Assembly (NCBI RefSeq): GCF_014280175.1
Contig: NZ_CP047931.1
Coordinates: forward strand, 2,130,001-2,162,000
Direction: 5' to 3'
DNA length: 32,000 nucleotides
Source: Synechococcus sp. A15-28
GTDB lineage: Bacteria > Cyanobacteriota > Cyanobacteriia > PCC-6307 > Cyanobiaceae
Shown: piece by piece, positions 20,900-29,400 of the stretch
How positions within the stretch are numbered: position 1 is the first letter of the stretch
Layout: each line of letters begins with the position of its first letter
Position numbers and translations under genes: made by a program
Notes under the pieces: generated by a model
Seen by the model: only the letters and a program-made list of their open reading frames with translations
Told to the model about the DNA's origin: nothing
The model's database searches: none

Positions 20900-20984
20900 G
20901 GCAATGCATCGATCTGAGTGATCCTATGGAAAGGAGGAGCCCTGAAACGCCCTTGTTGAGACCCTCAGCTCAGTCACGAATGCC

Positions 20985-22097
20985 ATGAGTCAGACCGAGC
21001 GAACGCCGACCCTCATCCTTGGTGGCGGCTTGATGGGGTTGGCCATTGCCCACCAGCTGGCACGGCGTGGAATGGCTGTCCGCGTGATCAGCCGCAAACG
21101 ACGTGAAGCAGCGGGATTTGTGGCTGCCGGGATGCTTGCCCCCCATGCCGAGGGCCTATCGGGCGCTCTGTTGCAACTGGGGCAAACCAGTCTGGAACTC
21201 ATCCCCCGTTGGGTGGGACAGATCGAAGTGGACAGCGGTCTGAGCTGCGGGCTCAGGGCCTGCGGGATCGTCGTTCCTTTTCGGAGCGACGGGGAACGAA
21301 CGCAATACCCCACAGCCAGATATGGGCTGGAACTCAATCGCGTCGAACTCGAGCAAGAACTCCCGGGTATCGGCCCGAGTTGGTCCAGCGGTCTGTTGTT
21401 CGAGCAAGACGGCCAGATCGACAACCGCAGGCAGCTCATGCGCGCACTCGAACGCGCCTGCGTCTCCCTGGGAGTTCAATTTCTAGAGGGCAGCCATGTC
21501 AAGGACATCCAAAGGGACACCTTTGGAGCTCTCAGTGGCGTCGTGATGAAAAGCGCCGAAGGTGATGAATGCCTTCTGGCATGTCAGCAAGCTGTATTGG
21601 CCTGTGGTGCCTGGAGCCATCAACTCATTCCGGAACTCAACGTCTTTCCGGTCAAAGGACAAATGCTGTCCTTGCAAGGGCCAAGGGAAACACTCAAGCG
21701 GGTGATCTTCGGGCCAGGAACCTACATGGTTCCTCGGGAAGACGGTTTGGTGGTTGTGGGCGCAACCAGCGAACGACACGCCGGTTTCGAGGAAGGCCTC
21801 ACCCCTGATGGACAGAAACAGCTGCAAGCAGGGTTGGAGTCGCTTTTACCTGCAGCAGCAGGTTGGCCTCCGATGGAACGGTGGTGGGGATTTAGGCCTT
21901 GCACTCCTGATGAAGCACCTCTTCTGGGCGAGAGTCCCATCCCAAGGCTTTGGCTGGCCTGCGGTCATCACCGCAATGGAGTCCTGCTGGCCGCAATCAC
22001 GGCTCAGATCACTGCAGAGGCACTGAGCGGGATCAACACCAGACAGGACTGTCTTGATGAATTTCGCTGGGATCGCTTCACCAAGGCGCACCCATGA
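20985..22097 (+). CDS. thiO: FAD-dependent glycine oxidase
   Basis: 370 aa. ILGGGLMGLAIAHQLARRG is the dinucleotide-binding fold, and the C-terminal ACGHHRNGVLLA is typical of the ThiO/DAO family. Confidence 0.7.
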   Translation: MSQTERTPTLILGGGLMGLAIAHQLARRGMAVRVISRKRREAAGFVAAGMLAPHAEGLSGALLQLGQTSLELIPRWVGQIEVDSGLSCGLRACGIVVPFRSDGERTQYPTARYGLELNRVELEQELPGIGPSWSSGLLFEQDGQIDNRRQLMRALERACVSLGVQFLEGSHVKDIQRDTFGALSGVVMKSAEGDECLLACQQAVLACGAWSHQLIPELNVFPVKGQMLSLQGPRETLKRVIFGPGTYMVPREDGLVVVGATSERHAGFEEGLTPDGQKQLQAGLESLLPAAAGWPPMERWWGFRPCTPDEAPLLGESPIPRLWLACGHHRNGVLLAAITAQITAEALSGINTRQDCLDEFRWDRFTKAHP

Positions 22098-23427
22098 GCT
22101 CAATACCAGCCCAGAAAAACGGATTCGCAACGCCATTTGAAACACGGCGTTGTTGAGACGGCGTGAGCTCCTGCAACAAAGGTATTCCATCAACACCGAT
22201 CAGCTCCTTACCAGACAACTTGATTTGATTGCGAATGAATGCCTGACGTGTTAATTGCATCGCCTCAGCTTTAGGAACACCCTGCTCGAGATAGCGATAC
22301 ATCTGAACAAAATAAGCAGACGTCACTACATCATCGACATACCAAAGGGTGCCTACTGCACTTCGAGCACCAGCTTGCAATGCAAGTCCGCTGAAACCCA
22401 ATTCAGCATCAGCATCACCCAAAGCTGTTCTGCAGGCACTGAAGACAACCAGATCAAGCGGAACACCCTTACGTTTCTCGCGAAGCGTGGCAAGCTCTTT
22501 CATTGAGAGTGGTCCAGTGCCGGAGTGCAGTTGCGACGCCTCAGGGCCACCGGGCTTAAATTCAGCATGTGTAGCCACATGGAGAGTGCTATATCCAGGA
22601 TCGGACGCTTTATCCAGAAAAGATGAAGGGGTAAATTCCTGATTAAGAAATTTATCTTTTTTTTCGTCCGAAGAAATTCGATTCAGCTCCTGGGGAACCA
22701 ATGGCAAAGCGGCTAAACCTTTGAATTCTGAGGCACCGAGTGCCAGTACACGGTCGTCAGGACTGCTTTTTTGCTCAAAGTCAGTAAGCGCCAGAGACGG
22801 TGTGATCGCAAAAGCAAACCGATCACCGAAATATTGCTGCCCATCACTCAGAGCCGCGAATGGGACTGCCTGAAGTCCACGATCAGCAGCAATCAGCAAT
22901 GTCGTTACCTTTTTGGCTTGAAGGACTGGCTGCAATTCAGAAAAAAAGAGAGCGTAAAGCTGCCGGGATGCTGACTCGGGGTCTTCCACCTTCAAGGGCT
23001 CAAGTCTCGAAAGCTGCATGTATAACTGCCGCAACTGGTCGCGAAACACTTTTGACGAAAGCTCGACGCGAAATCCCTCAGCATCTCCACTAGAAGGAAT
23101 CAATGTAATGTCGAGAAATGAATCAGATTTTGCAGAAGACGTCCTACCTTCCGCCTGAGTATAACGAAAGTGGATCACCGCAGGATTGTATTTTTTGGGA
23201 TCAAATCCAGGGAGCTCTGACACTGACCGCGTCGCCTCCGTATCGGGATTTGGATTGGCAAAAACGTGAATAGGTCTGAGCAGGTCTGATCCAAGAGCGC
23301 AACAGATCAAGACAAAGGCAAGGCGCCAAATTGGGATCAAATTAATTCTCAGAGTCTCAGGTGTCCATCTCACAGGAGATACCAAACCGTCAGGTAACTT
23401 TTGCAGGTACCGGAATTGTTTGATCAC
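22078..23427 (-). CDS. exported CHAT-domain (caspase-fold, clan CD) peptidase
   Basis: 449 aa with a GTG start. N-terminal hydrophobic anchor or signal: IPIWRLAFVLICCALG. The CHAT core runs from LYALFFSELQPVL...LLIAADRGLQAVPFAAL. The dyad contexts are LHVATHAEF (His287, nt 22567-22569) and VVFSACRTALG (Cys332, nt 22432-22434). The C-terminus NPFFWAGIELMG is canonical. AT-rich composition. Confidence 0.8.
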   Translation of the reverse strand: MIKQFRYLQKLPDGLVSPVRWTPETLRINLIPIWRLAFVLICCALGSDLLRPIHVFANPNPDTEATRSVSELPGFDPKKYNPAVIHFRYTQAEGRTSSAKSDSFLDITLIPSSGDAEGFRVELSSKVFRDQLRQLYMQLSRLEPLKVEDPESASRQLYALFFSELQPVLQAKKVTTLLIAADRGLQAVPFAALSDGQQYFGDRFAFAITPSLALTDFEQKSSPDDRVLALGASEFKGLAALPLVPQELNRISSDEKKDKFLNQEFTPSSFLDKASDPGYSTLHVATHAEFKPGGPEASQLHSGTGPLSMKELATLREKRKGVPLDLVVFSACRTALGDADAELGFSGLALQAGARSAVGTLWYVDDVVTSAYFVQMYRYLEQGVPKAEAMQLTRQAFIRNQIKLSGKELIGVDGIPLLQELTPSQQRRVSNGVANPFFWAGIELMGAPW

Positions 23428-26400
23428 TATTGACCTCCTGCTATTTGTTGTCGCAACTGCTGCAAGTAATTACCAATCTGCCCTGCAGATGGCGTACGGC
23501 GGCCTGAAAGTTTAGGCAAGTTCAATGCACCTACAGCTCGATCTGTCGCCGCACTATCACCTTCAGAAACGCCTGCCAAAGCCTGTGAGGCATCAACTCG
23601 TTTTACGTTTACAGCTGCCGATGGTGCCGACTCCTGGCCTCCTGATCCTCCCTGATCTCCTTCAGAGGAGCCTTCTCCTTCTTCGTCAGATCCTGCCTCT
23701 GCGTCTCCTTCTCCTTCTGTTTCTCCTTCACCATCTCCTTCCCCTTCAGCATCTCCTTCCCCTTCAGCATCTCCTTCCCCCTCAGCATCTCCTTCTGCTT
23801 CTGCATCAGCGTCTGCCTCATCGGCACTGTCGTCGGTTCCGCCTTCCTCCGTTGATGTGTCCTCCGAGGAATCAGTGGCAGCTGAGTCATCCGAGGAATC
23901 AGTGGCAGCTGAGTCTGATGTCTCGCCTGCAGCTTCTCCACTTTCTCCAGCAGCTGAGGTTTCGGAGCCAGCTGCTGTATCAGAGCCAGAGCTAGCCTCT
24001 GAATTGGAAACATCAGCCGTTGCGCTAGCAGCGGTTGACTCTGACGTTGCACTGGCCACACCAACAGAGGAGGTAGCAGTCGATGATGTGGAAGACCCCT
24101 CAGAGCTCACCGTAGCAACCTGAAACGAATCACCCAAAGAAAGATCGACTGATGTTCCCTCTGCAGAAAGACTGGACGGAACAAGCGATGCTGCGACTGT
24201 TTCAACTGTATCGTTCACACTCGAGGAAGCGTCAGTTGATCCTGTCTCAGTCGTTGCGGCAACAACTGAAACCACGTCTGAGGTTGAAGCGGCCGAAACA
24301 GGCGCATTAGGCGACATGCTTGCAGTACTCGTTGACGTTGACATTTCAGGAGCTGCAGCAACATCAACAGAAGGGGAAACCATTGGCATAGTCGCTGTTG
24401 TTTCAATAACAGCAATCGCATCCGCAATGGTTTCGACATTGCCTTCGGTTACAAATGTAGAAATGAAGGCATCAATCGTTTCAGGCCCTCCAAAGGGTTG
24501 CTGATCACCGAGGTCGTCAAAAGGTGGTAATTCACCGGGGTCGTCAAAAGGTGGTAATTCACCGGGGTCGCCAAAAGGTGGTAATTCACCGGGGTCGTCA
24601 AAAGGTGGTAATTCACCGGGGTCGCCAAAAGGTGGTAATTCACCGGGGTCGCCAAAAGGTGGTAATTCACCGGGGTCGCCAAAAGGTGGTAATCCACCGG
24701 GGTCGCCAAAGGTTGGTTGATCAAGTATTGATTCCGGCGTTAGCTCTAGCGTCGGATCTGGCTCATCCTCTTCCTCTGGCTCTGGTGTCAGCTCTAGAGA
24801 AGGGGAAGCAGAAATCTGTGAAGAGCAAAGGTTGGAGGTCCCACTGCCTGAACAAGTCGCCGTAAGAGATGCTCTCGAAGCACTGCCCGCATTTACGGTC
24901 AATCGACCAGCCACAACCTTTGTCGAACCTGAGTAGGTAAGTTCTCCTAATCCACCACTCGAGGAATCAAAATACTTAAGCGTCCCTTCTCCATCCTTGA
25001 CGAAGTTTCCGGGCCCAGAAAATGTCATATTATCTATCGAAACAGTACTTCCAGAGGCAACAAAGAGAGTTTGATCGCCGGGGCCGAGAGTCACACTAGC
25101 TAGCGAACCACCCGAAGAGGTACCGAGAGGGATATCAGTTAAAGATGAGATTTTCGCATTATTTTCAAGCGAGATATTCGTACTTGAAAGAAGAGCATTA
25201 GCACTTGAAAATTGAATGTCAGCCGAGTCAATAGAAACCGCCCCAGCAATAGTAGAATCCCCAGCAAGCTTAAAAGCACCATTATTGTTAACAGTTAAAG
25301 CCTGGTCGTATGCTATGTCGCCAATAGTATTCCTTAAATTAATTCCATCGCTAAGGCTTGGAGCAATCGAATCAAAGAATGTAGAAACAGTTCCGCCACC
25401 ACCAGAAGCATTACCGCCAATTCGCAAATTACAGCTGGACGACGATCCACAACTACTCCCAACAGTCACCATTGCTGCAGCAGACAAACTCGTGGTGTCG
25501 TTCAGAAGCAACTCCCCGCTTAGCGCTTCTAAGGCAGAATCCCCAGTTAGCTCAAATGGATTGGTAATCGTGGCACTACCGGAGACCAACTGTATTATCG
25601 CCTCTCCACTACCAGATGATGAACCAAGAGCCAATTGCTCTGCTAACAGAAAATCGTCTGTAGACGAACCACCAACAATATGAAGTGCAGCCCCCTGATC
25701 AATAGACGTGCCACTGGAGGCAATACCACGAGTAGTGGCCCCCAAAGCACTAGCGCTTGATATCTCTAAAACGCCAGCGCTGACCGACGTTGCACCTTCA
25801 TAAGTATTTGCTCCAGATAACTTCAATGTTCCGGATCCTTCCTTAGTAAGTGATGATCCACTTCCTGAACCAGCAATCACGCCAGAGAAGGTTGTCGACC
25901 CATCAGAATCGGCAATATTGACGGTAAGAGTATTTGAATTGAGATCAGCGTTTCCGGCACCTTGCAACCCACCGATAGTGTCATTAGAGCCAACTTTATA
26001 ATTCGCTCCACTGGCAACATCCACAACTGTTGAGTCTGAAAGAGAGCCTGACAACAAAAGAGTTCCCTCATTAATTGATGTCTCACCCGAAAAAGTGTTT
26101 GCGCCTGATAGTGTCGTAGTCCCACTTCCGGCCTTCGAAAAAGCACCATCACCAGAAATCACACCAGAAAATGTAGTACTCGCATTGTTCAATCCACCAG
26201 CAGTTAAGGTGACACCTGAAGCTAAATCAATGTCGCCAGATCCTGATATTGAACCAATCTCATCTGTAGCATCAACATCAAATGTTGCACCACTACTTAC
26301 ACTTAAAGCTGTATTCGCAAGTGAGCCAGTAACTTTCAACGTTCCGGCCGATAACGACGTTGCTCCTTCATAAGTACTTGCTCCAGACAACTCCAATGTT

Positions 26401-29400
26401 CCGGATCCTTCCTTAGTCAATGATGACCCACTTCCTGAACCAGCAATCACGCCAGAGAAAGTTGTCGACCCATTAGTATCAGCATTATTGACGGTAAGAG
26501 TATTTGAATTGAGATCAGCGCTTCCGGCACCTTGCAACCCACCGATCGTGTCATCAGAACCAACTTTATAATTCGCTCCACTGGCAACATCCACCAATGT
26601 TGAGTCTGAAAGAGAGCCTGACACTAAAAGGGTTCCCTCATTAATCGATGTCTCACCCGAAAAAGTATTTGCACCTGATAGTGTCGTGGTCCCGCTCCCA
26701 GCCTTCGAAAAAGCACCATCACCAGAAATCACACCAGAAAATGTAGTACTCGCATTGCTCAACCCACCAGCAGTCAATTTGACACCTGAAGCTACATCAA
26801 TATCGCCAGATCCTGATATTGAACCAATCTCATCTGTAGCATCAACATCGAATGTTGCACCACTACTTACGCTTAAAGCTGTATTCGCAAGTGAGCCAGT
26901 AAGTTTCAACGTTCCGGCCGATATTGTTGTCGTCCCCGTATACGTATTTGCACCTGATAGTGTTGTAGTCCCACTTCCGGCCTTCGAAAAAGCACCATCA
27001 CCAGAAATCACACCTGAGATTTCTGTACTGGCGTCTGCTCCAGTTTTCAGAGATAGATTATCAAGTCCCCAGTGGTCAAAAATACCACTCCCCCCCGCAC
27101 TAAAACTCTTCTGACGGAAACGAAAAGTAGCGGTGCTTCCTGAAGCAAGGCTATCTACTACAGAATCAGGAATAGAGTATGAATATTTATTCCATTGCCT
27201 ACTAGAAGAGGAAATAGTAATTTCCAACCCGGACGTATATGAACCTCCATCAATGGAATATTCTAAAATAACTTCTTCGCCTAGTTCAACTTCCTCGCCA
27301 CCATTGAAGTCGTCTCCATAAATAAAATCGAATGTAATTGTCGCGCCATCTGTAGGGTCAAAACTATCCGTTGTAGCTTGCCTATCAGATGCGTCGACCC
27401 TGCCAAAAAATAGTGATTTAACTTGACTACCATTATCAAATGAATTGTTAACTCCTTGTTGGCCCGAAATCTGACTAGACGAGGTGATTAAACTTCCAGT
27501 TCCATCACTACTTGACGAAAAATCCTCAGAAGTTGTATTTAAATTACTCAAACCTCCTGCAGTCAACGTTACACCTGACGCCAATTGGATCGCTCCCGCT
27601 CCTGCGAGTGAACCGATAGTGTCGCTTGAATCAACGTCGTAGGTTGCACCACTTTCCACTGTTACCGCTGTCGTATCGGCAAGTGAGCCAGTAACTTTCA
27701 ACGTTCCGGCCGATATTGTTGTCGTACCCGTATACGTATTTGCACCCGAAAGAGTCGTTGTCCCACTTCCAGCCTTACTCAAAGCGCCAGCCCCTGAGAT
27801 CACTCCAGAGAAAGTAGTATCACCGGCTTGTGTAACATCCAAAACTGTTCCCTGTGCGACAACAACTCCACCAGCTCCTGACAAACCACCAGAGTCAGAT
27901 GCCGTAACGAAAACGTTTGATGATGATCCTGGATTCCAATCGATTGATGCCCCCGAATTGATCGCAACACCTGTCTTGGAGTCAAGCGTCAAATCTTTAC
28001 TACTCGCAGATCCGTCACTTATGATAGAAGCATTAATGATTATATCTTTATCAGCAACTAGCGACAAGCTACCGCCAGCACCAGAGTCAACATTTACCTC
28101 ACTTGAAACAGTGATTGTTCCGGCCTCTGCACTTTCTGATCCAGATGCTGCGACTGAGCCACTCCCGACACTACTTGAGGAGGATGCAGTTGATATAGAG
28201 ACATCATTTCCAGCTTCTAGGGCAGTAACAATTGCCGTAGCCTCAGAAGAAGTCAAGGTGTAATCAAACGGATCCAATAGCCACAAACCTTGCTCTCCTT
28301 GAATTGCAGTGGCATCCACATCAATTCCAGCCACATACAACTCAAAGCCAGATGTTTCAATATGACCTCCATCCCCTTCTTTATCACCACCACTCGCCAA
28401 CAACTGTCCTCCAACAGTTGTCACCGACTCAGGGTTGTTGATATCACTCCACACTACAATTTCACCACCATCACCATCAATAATGGCAGACGCATCCAGC
28501 ACCGCTCCTTCTTCAATCTTAGTAGTGATCGCCTGGCGCACCGTTTCATCACTATTTTGCCAACTGCCGCCGACTTCAATCTTTCCACCACCACCGGTTT
28601 GCACCGCCATTAATTCCGTACCATCGCCAACAACAACCTCTTCTCCTGTCAACGTCAACCGTGCTCGGTCGACTTGATCATTGCCAACACTTATCTTGCT
28701 CTCCCGCACCGCCACAACTCCACCCGGTGCGTCAGCAAACAAATCACGATCAATTCGGATATCAATCCCCTCCATCTGAATCACCGGGACCGTGTCATCG
28801 GCATGATTGACAACATCCAGCGAATCCGTACCGCTGAACCCAAGCGCTCCCGGGAGCGGGTTTCCTTTCAGCGCATCAAGATTGGCGGCTCGAGTCTTGA
28901 ATACGTCGAACAGTCCATCGCCAAAACGCAGCGATCTAGTGGTACTCAGATTCAAGCTTGGTACATTAACGAACCCTACACCCGATCCAAGATGAATCCC
29001 TCCTGGCGATAGCCAGTACAGATTTGCCTTTGACGAAAACTGAATAGATTTATTAATATGTGTACCGAGAGGTGATGTCACACCCACTACAAGATTACGC
29101 TTACCTCCTGTATCAATTTGAACGCTCTTGATCTTGCCGCGGGTGTCGAAATCCTTGAACCGCATGAATTTATTGCGGCCAGATTTCTTACCACCACTGA
29201 TGCGGCACACACCAGCACTGCAGCGCCCACCTTTCTGGCCGTTCACCTTGGTGTCGAACCCTTTACCTTGTCCAGCACGAATCTCCGCAGAAGCTGGAGA
29301 CTGGTTCAAGATGCTTGACATCCCCAGGAACACACCCAAGGAGAAACGAATGAAGTTCTTGGAACCAGTTGATGCCATAAACCTTTGTTGAACCAGCCTG

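Noticed and set aside
20900-20984. TPP (THI-box) riboswitch upstream of thiO
   Set aside because: The spacer is only 85 nt. It contains CTGAG-like fragments but lacks the rest of the conserved THI-box core (the ACCTGATCTGGATAATGCCAGCG-like segment). It also has to serve as the divergent promoter region with gatB.
24486-24720. Possible CRISPR array, suggested by regularly spaced 27-nt repeats
   Set aside because: The repeats are contiguous with no spacers, lie in frame inside a CDS, and no cas genes are present.
24524-24865. 113-aa plus-strand ORF with repeated VIHRGRQK (and a minus-strand ORF at 24449-24724 with repeated LATPVNYHL)
   Set aside because: These are alternative-frame readings of the 27-nt tandem repeat, and the repeat keeps them open. 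The 2000-aa frame is continuous through the region and is the coding one.
26095-27114. Plus-strand ORFs (92 aa and 142 aa, VVPLPAFEKAPSPEITPENVVLAL...) inside the giant gene
   Set aside because: These are antisense readings of the duplicated PATR modules. They are duplicated only because the underlying DNA is duplicated.
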